A DNA stretch of 64,000 bases, taken from Patescibacteria group bacterium. Lineage in GTDB: Bacteria; Patescibacteriota; Minisyncoccia; UBA6257; GWB1-50-10. Where the stretch lies: assembly GCA_023474215.1 (NCBI GenBank), contig JAMCYI010000006.1, forward strand, positions 65,452 through 129,451. The letters are read 5' to 3'. Positions 37,932-47,578 of this stretch are shown here, piece by piece (position 1 is the first letter of the stretch; every line of letters starts with the position of its first letter). Made by a program: the position numbers and the translations under genes. The notes under the pieces were generated by a model, which was given only the letters and a program-made list of their open reading frames with translations, ran no database searches and had not been told where the DNA came from.

Positions 37932-38543
37932 CTATTGTCCTTCCACCTTCGTATCCTCCGCAATGCGGTGGGATATTTTTCGTGAAACCAAATAAACGAC
38001 CACAATAAGGAGACCGACGGAAAACAACGCATCCCTGACGCCTAAGATGGTTCCGCTTACATACTGATACGCTTTGCCGGAAAAGAAGCCGAAGAGCGTA
38101 AAAAAAAGAACCTGGGGAAGGGATATGAGAAACGACATCTTTATGAAGCGACGCACGTCCACCCGCAAAGCGCCGACCAGTATCAACCCGGGAACGGGAA
38201 TGACGGGAGAAAGCTTGAAGAAGAGGAGGGCTTTTCCCGTATGCCGGTGAATGACCGATTCGAATCTTTTCAGCCTTTCCTCCGTCAAACCGACGAAATG
38301 CCCGTAGCGCTCGGCGAGCGGGCGGCCTCCGAAATAGCCAACCGCATACGCTATCATATCGGCAACCAGATCCCCCGCGAGTGCTATAAGGAGGATGAGC
38401 GGCAGACTGAAATAGCCGAGTGCCGCTGCTACCCCCGCTGCGGCATTCACCAAAGGCCCCTCAAGCAAAGCAGCGAGGAAAAATAAAAAATAGCCGTGGG
38501 CGATCACCCAGGGCACCAAAGCGGTGAAAGATAAACCTTGCAT
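37932..38543 (-). CDS. DedA/VTT family membrane protein
   Basis: LEGP, GDLVAD..YAVGY.GG, GALRV..RRF. Confidence 0.88.
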   Translation of the reverse strand: MQGLSFTALVPWVIAHGYFLFFLAALLEGPLVNAAAGVAAALGYFSLPLILLIALAGDLVADMIAYAVGYFGGRPLAERYGHFVGLTEERLKRFESVIHRHTGKALLFFKLSPVIPVPGLILVGALRVDVRRFIKMSFLISLPQVLFFTLFGFFSGKAYQYVSGTILGVRDALFSVGLLIVVVYLVSRKISHRIAEDTKVEGQ

Positions 38544-38580
38544 GATGGTTCTATTGTAATATACTTGCGAGTAACACGCT

Positions 38581-39807
38581 ATGCTCGATACTCACTCATT
38601 CGTTTTCGGCGTCAGCATTTCGGCGGTGCAAACGGAAGAAAATCCGCAAAACGACTGGAAAGGGCTCACGGCCCACGACGGATCCGTGATGAATAAAAAC
38701 ATAGAACACCTCGCGCGATGGAAAGACGATTATGCCTTGGTAAAAGATTTGGGCGTCGACGTTTTCAGGACGTCCGTCGATTGGGCAAGACTGCAACCCG
38801 CACCGTTTGCCCCCCTCGATCAAGCTGCCGCGGCTTCTTACCATCGGATGTTTTCTTTCTTAAAAGAAAACGGCATTGCATTGGTGCTCACCTTGCATCA
38901 TTTTGCGAACCCGGTATGGTTCGACGATATGGGCGGCTGGGAAAAAAGGAAAAATATCGGCGCTTTCCTTGATTTCGCAGAAAAGGCAGTGGCGGAATTC
39001 GGCCGCTATGCATCCCACATTATCACGATCAATGAGATAACGACGTATGTTTCTTTGACCGAGATCGAAGCCTTCCTGTACCCGAAGAAAAAAAATTCCA
39101 TCATCGGATCTTATCAAACCATTCGGGTGATGGCACAAGCACACCGTGAAGCATACCGGGCATTGAAAGAGCGGTACCCCGACCTCCAAATCGGATTTTC
39201 GGAAGTGGCGCGGCCGACCGCTTCAAAAAACGGCCGCGTGGACGAATTGATCGTCGCTGCCATCGGCGGCTTTGTCGCCAACACATACATTTGGAACCGG
39301 CTTATGCCGCAGGCGGATTTTATCGGCATAAACTACTACGGCACTTTGGCATTCGACTTTACAAAAAAGACCGATCCGGTCGGTTACCGAAAAGGCAAAG
39401 AACACGACGACCTCTTTGAAATGAACCCCGAACTTTTGGTGCCGCTCGCCGAGCGCCTTCATAAAAAATACGGCGGACTCCCCGTTTATATCATCGAAAA
39501 TGGAACCTGCACGGACGATGATACGTTAAGGAGAAAAAATCTCATAGCCCATCTCGATGCCATCTTCGAAGCGAGAAAAAAAGGCGACGCATTCATCAAG
39601 GGGTATATCCATTGGAGCATCCTCGACAACTTCGAACTCAACCGGGGCACGAGCTATCATTACGGCCTTGTTGCCGTCAATCCCCTGACCATGGAACGGA
39701 AACCGAAGGAAAGCTATTATCTTTACCAAAACGAAATACAAAAAAGGAGGTCTTCCTCGCGGGAGTCAAATTTACAAAAAAACAACCCCGGCACAATCGA
39801 AGGTTGA
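38581..39807 (+). CDS. Glycoside hydrolase family 1
   Basis: RTSVDWARLQP, TLHHF, TINE (acid/base), IENG (nucleophile), WSILDNFE. Confidence 0.93.
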   Translation: MLDTHSFVFGVSISAVQTEENPQNDWKGLTAHDGSVMNKNIEHLARWKDDYALVKDLGVDVFRTSVDWARLQPAPFAPLDQAAAASYHRMFSFLKENGIALVLTLHHFANPVWFDDMGGWEKRKNIGAFLDFAEKAVAEFGRYASHIITINEITTYVSLTEIEAFLYPKKKNSIIGSYQTIRVMAQAHREAYRALKERYPDLQIGFSEVARPTASKNGRVDELIVAAIGGFVANTYIWNRLMPQADFIGINYYGTLAFDFTKKTDPVGYRKGKEHDDLFEMNPELLVPLAERLHKKYGGLPVYIIENGTCTDDDTLRRKNLIAHLDAIFEARKKGDAFIKGYIHWSILDNFELNRGTSYHYGLVAVNPLTMERKPKESYYLYQNEIQKRRSSSRESNLQKNNPGTIEG

Positions 39808-39936
39808 CGTGACGGGGTTTTAGAAAACCTCGCGAACGATTTGGAAGGAGTCCTCCTCGTTCAGTGTGAAACCGTTTTCCGGTTTCTTCATCCCCTCTTG
39901 GAGGGGAAATATTCTTCGGTTGTGCTGGTACTGATA

Positions 39937-40560
39937 TTATTGTACGTCTTTCCGGAAATATCGCACAATGCGAGTTATCCACATCCTTGTCGGCAGGCCT
40001 TTTTCCTTTGCCGCCGCCACCGCGCAACAAAAGCAAGCAATGAGCATCGAGACGATCCATCCAGCAAACACCTCGGCAAAGAGCGCATCTTCACGCTTTT
40101 CCACCTCGCGAATCGATCGTCCCACCATGACGAATCCGCCGCTGTATTTTGTGACAACAACCGCATCCCGGACCCCCTTTTCCGGCTGCCACGTGAAGCG
40201 ATCCTCGCCCTTCGACCGGACGTAATCAAGAACGCCGGGCGGCAAGGCAGGCATTCCGCCCCGTAAGTATCCCGATGAGCCGATCGGCTGGCCAGCATCG
40301 TCAAAAACAGTCGTAAAAACGGACAAGCTCGTTGCAATATCGATGCGCGTCGGAAGAATGACCGATTGAAACGCACCGCCGTTATCCAAACTTGCCGCGG
40401 CATCCTCGGCGATTTGAATCTGCGGATCGTTCGCCGACTGCCGATAATCCTGCTGAACCGCCGCATACATCGTCAAAAAAACAATGCTTACAAGAGCGAA
40501 CACGCAAAGGCATATCACAAGGTTCTTGTATTTCACGAAAGGTCCCATTACGGGGTTCAT
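39937..40560 (-). CDS. Two-TM protein with extracytoplasmic sensor-like domain
   Basis: QQDYRQSANDPQIQ, FTWQP..GVR; no kinase domain. Confidence 0.7.
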   Translation of the reverse strand: MNPVMGPFVKYKNLVICLCVFALVSIVFLTMYAAVQQDYRQSANDPQIQIAEDAAASLDNGGAFQSVILPTRIDIATSLSVFTTVFDDAGQPIGSSGYLRGGMPALPPGVLDYVRSKGEDRFTWQPEKGVRDAVVVTKYSGGFVMVGRSIREVEKREDALFAEVFAGWIVSMLIACFCCAVAAAKEKGLPTRMWITRIVRYFRKDVQ

Positions 40561-40589
40561 TATCCTCCAAGAACCGTAAAAATGTAAAC

Positions 40590-40622
40590 CCCTCCCAAGT
40601 TTCCCGCAGAAACTTGGGAGGG
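40590..40622. terminator. Hairpin after DUF5666 gene
   Basis: ccctcccaagtttc / gaaacttgggaggg. Confidence 0.65.
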
Positions 40623-40645
40623 TAATCCACATTCTGTATCCTTAA

Positions 40646-41338
40646 CTATTTTGCAGGGATCGAAACGTCGCGCACGATTTGGGCCGTAATGGTACTGCTC
40701 GAGGCAATACCCCACACCCGGACGTTATCGTTCACTTGAATGCTCGAGAGTGGCATAGCAACCCACGTTCGATTCACCACTTCGGCGCCGGAGGCGACGT
40801 TTACGGCATATGCCGTCCCATGGGCGGTGAACGTAAATGAACTTCCGCTCACATTCGAGGCAACGCCTACATAATCCCGCGGACGGGCGGCATTTCTGAT
40901 CTGCCGCGCTTCCTGGACGTTCTGTTTCACCTCGGCATTTACGGCATTCCGATACGTCCAATCGCGGACGAGATCTGCATTGACCGTCCAAAGAGAACCT
41001 TCTGCAACCGTCCCTTCGACGCCTACGAAATCACCCGCTTTGAACTGTGTGATGTCGTTACCGGCGGACGAGGGAAGAACTTTCGCGGACGATCCGATAT
41101 CGACCGTCCACGTCCCGCCCCAGCTTTGTACCGTCATAACGCCGCTTGAGACTGAGGCAATGGTCCCTCGAAGAAGGACTTTTCCGTTTTTGTTCACCTG
41201 GAGGATCATCGGCTGCGTTTCCGTCGAAGTCCCCATCGTTGGAGCAGTCGTCGTGGCCGTTTGGGCGCTTGCTACAATACCAGCGGCAAGGAGAGCGACT
41301 GCCACCCCGACACCGGCCCCTAGAGTTAGTTTTTTCAT
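40646..41338 (-). CDS. Secreted DUF5666-like protein with two OB-like repeats
   Basis: Signal peptide; two G.V.SVS..T..GD.V.V.G repeats. Confidence 0.75.
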   Translation of the reverse strand: MKKLTLGAGVGVAVALLAAGIVASAQTATTTAPTMGTSTETQPMILQVNKNGKVLLRGTIASVSSGVMTVQSWGGTWTVDIGSSAKVLPSSAGNDITQFKAGDFVGVEGTVAEGSLWTVNADLVRDWTYRNAVNAEVKQNVQEARQIRNAARPRDYVGVASNVSGSSFTFTAHGTAYAVNVASGAEVVNRTWVAMPLSSIQVNDNVRVWGIASSSTITAQIVRDVSIPAK

Positions 41339-41455
41339 GAAAAAACGAAAATTACGACCTTTAATAAAACTCCTCTCGAATGTACTTTTGGGAGAGGTTC
41401 TAAAGAATACGCATCGACGTCTCCTTTGTTACAACGTGATACAATGCTAGAATCC

Positions 41456-42268
41456 ATGCAATTGACCGATCGACAAATCAAGGCATTTCAAAGGAGAATT
41501 CTCGGTTTCTACCGCAAACGCGGGCGCGATCTTCCATGGCGGAAGAGGATTTCGCCGTATCGGATCGTCGTTTCGGAATTCATGCTTCAGCAGACGCAAG
41601 TAGGGCGGGTTATGGACCGTTATCCCCGCTTCCTCGCCCGTTTCCCCGACTGGCAGACGCTCGCCAAAGCTTCGCCGCGAGAGGTCCTTTCCGTATGGCA
41701 GGGTCTCGGCTACAACCGCCGCGCCCTTCATCTCCAAAGAACGGCGCGGAAGGTTGTCGGGAAATACGGCGGACGGCTCCCCCGGGACCCGGATGAACTC
41801 TCGGAACTTCCGGGGATCGGAAAGGCGACCGCGGGGGCAATTCTTGCGTATGCCTACAATCTTCCCATTCCCTTCATTGAAACTAACATCCGGCGAACGT
41901 TCATTGATGCTTTCTTTAAAAACAAAAAAACGGTGAGCGACCGCGACATTTTGCCGCTCGTGGATCTTACGCTCGACCGCAAAAGCCCACGTCAATGGTA
42001 CTCCGCCCTCATGGATTATGGATCCATGCTCGGCGCAAACAAAGGGAATCCGAACCACAAGAGTACGCGCTACGCGAAGCAGACCCGCTTCGAGGGATCG
42101 CGGCGACAAATCCGCGGACGGATCATCAAAACGCTCCTCGCCGCCCCCCGAACAGCCGGCGAACTTTCACGGATAGTCGGCGAGCCGAAAATTGAGCTTG
42201 TACCGATCCTTAGCGAACTTATCCGCGAAGGATTCATACGGCAACGCGGAGAGCGCTACCGCATCTAG
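41456..42268 (+). CDS. mutY: MutY-like HhH-GPD adenine glycosylase, short form
   Basis: RDLPWR, SEFMLQQTQV, WQGLGYNRRA, LPGIGKATA, ALMDYG. Confidence 0.85.
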   Translation: MQLTDRQIKAFQRRILGFYRKRGRDLPWRKRISPYRIVVSEFMLQQTQVGRVMDRYPRFLARFPDWQTLAKASPREVLSVWQGLGYNRRALHLQRTARKVVGKYGGRLPRDPDELSELPGIGKATAGAILAYAYNLPIPFIETNIRRTFIDAFFKNKKTVSDRDILPLVDLTLDRKSPRQWYSALMDYGSMLGANKGNPNHKSTRYAKQTRFEGSRRQIRGRIIKTLLAAPRTAGELSRIVGEPKIELVPILSELIREGFIRQRGERYRI

Positions 42269-42270
42269 AC

Positions 42271-43749
42271 CTAGTCGAACATCGCGACCTCGCCTTTTGC
42301 CTTCGTTTCGTGTGGCAACTTGATCAAGAGTGCCGTGAACGATCCGAGAAGGATGACGATGCCGGCGGCTATAAAAACCGCGGCATACCCTGCAACTTCC
42401 GCTTTCAAGGTAATGAGACCGATGAATTCTTGGAGGTTCTGCGGATTCACGATCCGAAGGAAACTGTTTTGAGCGATTGCAAAGACATTGGCGTTCGTCG
42501 CGTTGTCGAGTACCGTGCTGAAAACGGCGATGCCGAACGCGCCCGCAATATTCCGGACGAGTGCGAGGATAGCCGACGCTTCCCCCACTTCCCGCTCCGG
42601 CACCGAGCTTGCCACGATATTCGTCCGTTGAGCCATACCGAACCCCAAGCCGAAGGACATGACGCTCATAGGCACCATGATGGCAAGCGCTCCCCACCGC
42701 GGATCGATCCCGCCGAACATAAAAAACGCGATTGATGCAATGATCGTTCCCCAAAAAATGACATAGCGGGACTGCACTTTCCCGACGAGCTTGCCTCCTA
42801 AGGCAGCCGCCCCCATGAGAAAAACGGCCATGGGAATAAAAAGGTAGCCGGTTTTCGTCGCATCGTACCCGAGGAATGTTTCGGCAAAAATGGGGATCAA
42901 AAAGACGCTTCCCATCATAGCCATAAAAACAATGAACGTATTGAGAAGCGAAAAGACGAACGCCTTGATTTTGAAAAATTTCAAATCGACGATCGGTTCG
43001 GTTTCGTGGTGTTCGATCACAATGAAAAGTCCCATGAAAATAAGAAATGCGGCGTAGGATATGACGCTTCCCGCCGACAACCATCCCCACGTTTGCCCTC
43101 GATCGAGGACCAAGGTGAGCGCAAAAAGCGCAGCACCCAACGCCGACGCTCCCCACCAGTCAAAATGCGTCTGCCGTTTTTCTCCCACGGATTCTTTAAT
43201 GAACGTGAGCGCGAGAAAGAGGCCGATGATTCCGAGCGGAATGTTCACAAAAAAGACCGCCCGCCAATTGAAATTATCGATCAAGGGTCCTCCCATGAGC
43301 GGGCCGAATACCGACGCAACGGCAAAAGCGGCCGACCAAAGCCCCAAAGCTTCGGCGCGCTCTTTTTGATTGGTGAAGGTAACGGCAAGGATCGCCATGG
43401 CCGTCGGATAATCGGCGGAGACGGCAAACCCTTGAATGATCCGGAAAACGACCATCGAGGTCAGATTCCAAGCGACCGCGCAAAGGCCGGACGCAATGAT
43501 GAAGCCGATGAAACCGATGAGATAGATTTTCTTTCTGCCAGCGACATCGCCGAGCTTCCCCCAAATAGGGACGAAGATCGCATTCGCTAAGATATAAGCG
43601 GTCGATATCCAAGCGGCTGCCGAAACGGAAATGGAAAAATCGCCGATAATTTTCGGAAGCGCCAAATTGACCACCGTTTGATCCAAGCGCCCCAAAAAGG
43701 TGCCGAAAATGACCGTTCCCAGGACCCACCACCTGAACTTATCGTCCAT
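42271..43749 (-). CDS. DHA2 (EmrB/QacA) MFS efflux permease
   Basis: LDQTVVNLALP, GKLGD..GRK, WRAVFFVNIP. Confidence 0.93.
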   Translation of the reverse strand: MDDKFRWWVLGTVIFGTFLGRLDQTVVNLALPKIIGDFSISVSAAAWISTAYILANAIFVPIWGKLGDVAGRKKIYLIGFIGFIIASGLCAVAWNLTSMVVFRIIQGFAVSADYPTAMAILAVTFTNQKERAEALGLWSAAFAVASVFGPLMGGPLIDNFNWRAVFFVNIPLGIIGLFLALTFIKESVGEKRQTHFDWWGASALGAALFALTLVLDRGQTWGWLSAGSVISYAAFLIFMGLFIVIEHHETEPIVDLKFFKIKAFVFSLLNTFIVFMAMMGSVFLIPIFAETFLGYDATKTGYLFIPMAVFLMGAAALGGKLVGKVQSRYVIFWGTIIASIAFFMFGGIDPRWGALAIMVPMSVMSFGLGFGMAQRTNIVASSVPEREVGEASAILALVRNIAGAFGIAVFSTVLDNATNANVFAIAQNSFLRIVNPQNLQEFIGLITLKAEVAGYAAVFIAAGIVILLGSFTALLIKLPHETKAKGEVAMFD

Positions 43750-44393
43750 TATTGTTTAAACACCCAAATCCTCGCTGACATGCCGTTCTTGAGCTCCGGA
43801 TATTCTTCGGCATCGAATTTTATTTTGATATCGAATTCATTGGTCGGCCGCTGACTTGAAATGTCGAATACCACGTCGCTTTGCCGGGAGGTCGGCGAAA
43901 CTTCGGAAACGACGCCTTTGAAAGTCTTCCCGCCGAACGCATCGACGGTGAAGGTTGCCGGGTCGCCCACTTGGACATTCACGAGCCCCTTATTCTCGTC
44001 GAGATGTCCCACAACCCTCAATTCGGCCGGATCGATCATGGAAGCCACCGTCCCCTGCCCCGTCAGAACGTTCACAAACGAGCCGATGTTCCGATCGACG
44101 GAAACGATTTCGCCGCTCACTTTCGCCTTCACAATCTCATCCCCAACGCGCGCGACCGGAGTACCGGCGGCGACTTCATCGCCGACGTTCACGAAGACTT
44201 GCTCAAGAATGCCCGAATTGACGGGGCTGAGATCGATCAAGGGCGCTTCGATGACCGACTGATCGATATAGACCGTCTTCGAAGCGACATACCAATATGT
44301 CAGGCTGCCCACAACCATAAGGGCGATGACGATCACTCCGATGATAAGGGTGGTTTTCCTCCCTTTCCGTTCAATGATATTTTTTTCTTCCAT
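43749..44393 (-). CDS. EmrA/HlyD-like adaptor, short form
   Basis: N-terminal TM, lipoyl halves joined with almost no helical hairpin, LKNGMSA. Confidence 0.85.
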   Translation of the reverse strand: MEEKNIIERKGRKTTLIIGVIVIALMVVGSLTYWYVASKTVYIDQSVIEAPLIDLSPVNSGILEQVFVNVGDEVAAGTPVARVGDEIVKAKVSGEIVSVDRNIGSFVNVLTGQGTVASMIDPAELRVVGHLDENKGLVNVQVGDPATFTVDAFGGKTFKGVVSEVSPTSRQSDVVFDISSQRPTNEFDIKIKFDAEEYPELKNGMSARIWVFKQ

Positions 44394-44397
44394 GAAA

Positions 44398-45918
44398 TTA
44401 AAAATTGACGACTTGTTCGCCCGCCGACACGCCGGAAACGATTTCCGTCATGCCGTCATTGCCGGTCAAGCCGGTCACAACTTCCCGCTTTTCCGTTCCC
44501 GGTCCGCTTTTTACGAGAATGAAAGAATGATTATTGTCCGAAAGAATAAGCCGCGTGGGAACCTCAAGGACGTTCGCACGGCTCGCCGCCACGATGTGCG
44601 CGGTTCCCGTCATGCCGTCCTTGATCCGATCATCATTCCCCGTAAAGTGAAGTGTCACCTCATATGCCGGCGCGCCATTCACTTCCGTCTCCGCGGCGGC
44701 AAGGGCGGTCACCGTTGCCGGAAACGTGACGCCGGAACCGTATGCGTCGAGCGTCACCGCAGCTTGATCGCCGACGGCAAGCTTTGCCACGTCGTTCTCC
44801 GAGGCATAAGCTTCCATTTTCATACCGTTCGGATTGGTGATCGTTGCAACGGGAGTGCCGGCTGAAACGACTTCACCCACCGTCATGTTCAGGTTACTGA
44901 TCGATCCCGCAAATGGCGCCCGAAGCACCGCATGATTCAAGGCGACTTCGGCGCTCGCCGCGGCCGCTTGTGCTTGAAGCACCACCGCTTTCTCCGCTGC
45001 AATGTCTTCCGGCGTTGAACCGGCCTTGGCAAGTGCAAGTGTATTTCCTGCAGCGGTGAATGCCGCATTTGCAGTCGAAAGAGCGGTATCTGCGCCCGTT
45101 ATTTCCGATCGCGCTGCGATGATATCTGTTTTATACGACGCAAGCGTCGAGGCGGTCGCGGTACCGCTCGGGACGGCGCTCTCGACCGCAAGGGCGATGT
45201 TGTTCAAATACGATTCTATGCTTTGGAGCGACGCGGAAGCGATTTGATATTCTTCCGCTTCATTCGAGCTCGTGGCATTTTGAGCGATGTACCAATTACC
45301 AAGAATGGCCGTCATGTGCTGTCGTTCCGCTTCAATATCGACGACGAGCTGGGCATCGGGTGCAGTAACCAAAAAGACGGGGTTTGTGCTCATGGGATTG
45401 GAAAAAAGATTGTCCGTTTGATTCCGCACGGCGTCGTCCGCAGCGACGTACGCGCTTTCAAGGGCTGCCGCAAGGGACGATTCGGCGCTTGTGAGCGCTC
45501 CTTCGTCGAGTGTGATTTGTTCCGGCCTCGTTCCGTTTTCCATGCCGCTCAATTTCGCTTCGGCCGCAGCGAGTGCTGCATTCGCCTGCTCCACAGCCGC
45601 TTCAAGGGATGATTGGTCAAGCTCGGCCAGAACAGCGCCAGCCGCAACCGTCGCCCCTTCTTCGACGGGAACAGCCGCCACTCGGCCTGATTCCTGAAAC
45701 GAAAGACTGGCATTGTGGTCGGCGCTCACGTTTCCTGTCACGTCGACCGATTCCGTAAGATCGCCCCGGGCGACCGTGTATGCGCGAAACGACGGCGCTC
45801 CGCTCGAAGCGACGTAAAAATAGATCACAGCCGCGATCACGAGGAGGGCGGCAACGATGAAAAAATTTCTCAACCTTCCAAAAAGTCCTTTCAAGCGTTG
45901 CATGATGGTCGAAGTCAT
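44398..45918 (-). CDS. Efflux periplasmic adaptor, paralog of 12652-14217
   Basis: Shared ADDAVxNQxDxxFxNP motif and overall architecture. Confidence 0.88.
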   Translation of the reverse strand: MTSTIMQRLKGLFGRLRNFFIVAALLVIAAVIYFYVASSGAPSFRAYTVARGDLTESVDVTGNVSADHNASLSFQESGRVAAVPVEEGATVAAGAVLAELDQSSLEAAVEQANAALAAAEAKLSGMENGTRPEQITLDEGALTSAESSLAAALESAYVAADDAVRNQTDNLFSNPMSTNPVFLVTAPDAQLVVDIEAERQHMTAILGNWYIAQNATSSNEAEEYQIASASLQSIESYLNNIALAVESAVPSGTATASTLASYKTDIIAARSEITGADTALSTANAAFTAAGNTLALAKAGSTPEDIAAEKAVVLQAQAAAASAEVALNHAVLRAPFAGSISNLNMTVGEVVSAGTPVATITNPNGMKMEAYASENDVAKLAVGDQAAVTLDAYGSGVTFPATVTALAAAETEVNGAPAYEVTLHFTGNDDRIKDGMTGTAHIVAASRANVLEVPTRLILSDNNHSFILVKSGPGTEKREVVTGLTGNDGMTEIVSGVSAGEQVVNF

Positions 45919-45978
45919 TCCGTATACTACCGTCTTCCGTGTTTTCCGGTCAAGGGTTCATTATGGTAATATCAAAAA

Positions 45979-46293
45979 ATGAAAAAGGAGCTCCCATTTG
46001 GCGAAAGGGTCTATCGAGCGACCCAAAAGATACCAAAAGGCAAGGTTGCGACCTACGGCGATCTCGCGCGGCTTGCGGGGAATCCCCGCGCTGCCCGCGC
46101 CGTGGGACACTTCATGAAAGTGAATCCCGGGGCACCGATCGTCCCCTGCCATCGCGTCGTCGCCTCGAACGGAGCTTTGACCGGCTATTCGGCCGAAGGA
46201 GGATTGAAGAAAAAAGAAAAGATGCTCCGCAAGGAAGGAGTGATATTCCGCGGCAACCGCGTGGATCTCCGTCGATCGCGCTGGAAAAAATAG
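45979..46293 (+). CDS. MGMT/Ogt family alkyltransferase, single domain
   Basis: IPKGKVATYG, ARAVG, VPCHRVV. Confidence 0.92.
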   Translation: MKKELPFGERVYRATQKIPKGKVATYGDLARLAGNPRAARAVGHFMKVNPGAPIVPCHRVVASNGALTGYSAEGGLKKKEKMLRKEGVIFRGNRVDLRRSRWKK

Positions 46294-46297
46294 CTTC

Positions 46298-46666
46298 CTA
46301 TTTTTTCGGATACCGACGTTCGTTCGTTCGATACCCCGTATCGGACGACCAAAGAAGAAATAGCTTTTTCTTGAATCCTCCTTTCAAGTCGTACGCTTTC
46401 TTCCGTGCCGATTCGATTTTCGACCGCGAAATCCTCTTTACCTTTTTTACTTCTTCGATGACGTCGATGATATCGGCGAGTTCCGAAGCAAGCTCTTCCT
46501 TGGTCTTCGCATGCAAGAGGCCGGTTGCTTCTTCGCCGACCTTCTTCAAAAGTTCTCTTTCAAACTCCTTTTGGCCGAGTTTTTCGACCTCATACGCTCC
46601 GCCGTTCCTTGTGATCTTCTCGGGGATCCGATCGCGTATGAGTTTGTTGTAATAAATCTTCTTCAT
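46298..46666 (-). CDS. MazG-like nucleoside triphosphate pyrophosphohydrolase
   Basis: YNKLIRDRIPE, EEA..ELAD, GGFKK. Confidence 0.85.
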   Translation of the reverse strand: MKKIYYNKLIRDRIPEKITRNGGAYEVEKLGQKEFERELLKKVGEEATGLLHAKTKEELASELADIIDVIEEVKKVKRISRSKIESARKKAYDLKGGFKKKLFLLWSSDTGYRTNERRYPKK

Positions 46667-46672
46667 GGGAGC

Positions 46673-47374
46673 TTAGTATTCATTTACGGTATACGACCTT
46701 TCCGAAAACGTGTAGCGGCTTGCCGCAACAAGATCCAAAAGATCCGCAATATCGTAAAAGATATTCCCCTTCAGAACATCGCGCTCGCCGACCCATGCGT
46801 TCTTTCCCCCGGAAAATTCGGTCACGAGATCGCCCGCAGGATTCAAAGCCGCAAAGATAAAGAAGTTCTTGTCTTCTAAAAGACCGCCGTCTTTCGAAAA
46901 AATGCGTTCGTGATAAACCGCTTTTGGCTCGCATTCGGCCGAGAGACCCGTTTCCTCCTCGAGCTCCCGCCTTGCTGTTTCAGCAATCGATTCGCCGATC
47001 TTCACTTTGCCGGTAATAAAACCGCGGAAACCGAAGAACGGCTCTTTTCTCCGTTCTTGCATAAGATATTCTTTTTTACCGCCGTTTTCCCTCGTTGCAA
47101 TGACAAGAACGCCGATCTTTGCCTGGTGTTCGAACTTGACCACCGGCCCGGAATCGATATCGAAGCGATTTGCGTATTCCTTCCCTCTTACCGTCAATTG
47201 GTAAAGCCCTTCGCCGGTCTTTTCCGCGATTCCTTGTTCCATAAGCTGCCGCAAGTGGAAAGTAAATTGGTCCGTCGATATGTTGGCGGTATTGAGCTCG
47301 GAAAAACGGGCTTTTTTCTTCAAAAGCAGTTCTTTGAGGATGGAAGCTTGAATTTCGTGGATGTCTTTCGTCAT
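46673..47374 (-). CDS. wHTH-NUDIX fusion protein
   Basis: N-terminal wHTH (FTFHLRQL, YQLT.RG); Nudix box GKVKIGESIAETARRELEEETG; TGGACA-16-TACAAT 7 nt before ATG at 47374. Confidence 0.88.
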   Translation of the reverse strand: MTKDIHEIQASILKELLLKKKARFSELNTANISTDQFTFHLRQLMEQGIAEKTGEGLYQLTVRGKEYANRFDIDSGPVVKFEHQAKIGVLVIATRENGGKKEYLMQERRKEPFFGFRGFITGKVKIGESIAETARRELEEETGLSAECEPKAVYHERIFSKDGGLLEDKNFFIFAALNPAGDLVTEFSGGKNAWVGERDVLKGNIFYDIADLLDLVAASRYTFSERSYTVNEY

Positions 47375-47415
47375 AGGATGAATTGTATGCATCGGAAATC
47401 CTTTGTCCAGTGAAG

Positions 47416-47547
47416 TCCCCTACACCTATCGGAGAGTGCAACGAAATACCCCCTTCAAACAATAGGGGAAATAGGGAGGGGGGGACAAACGACAATGGGA
47501 AATCAAAAGCATTGGGTAATGGGAATGCTCTCCGATAGGTGTGGGGA
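47416..47547. repeat. 20-bp inverted repeat enclosing a G-run-rich spacer
   Basis: tcccctacacctatcggagag / ctctccgataggtgtgggga. Confidence 0.75.
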
Positions 47548-47578
47548 TGAAGCCGGCTTCAGGAATGGTATAGTGAAA

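Noticed and set aside
21867-39984. Replication origin from DnaA boxes (about 21867, 27687, 39976)
   Set aside because: Boxes are isolated, not clustered, and dnaA/dnaN are not nearby.
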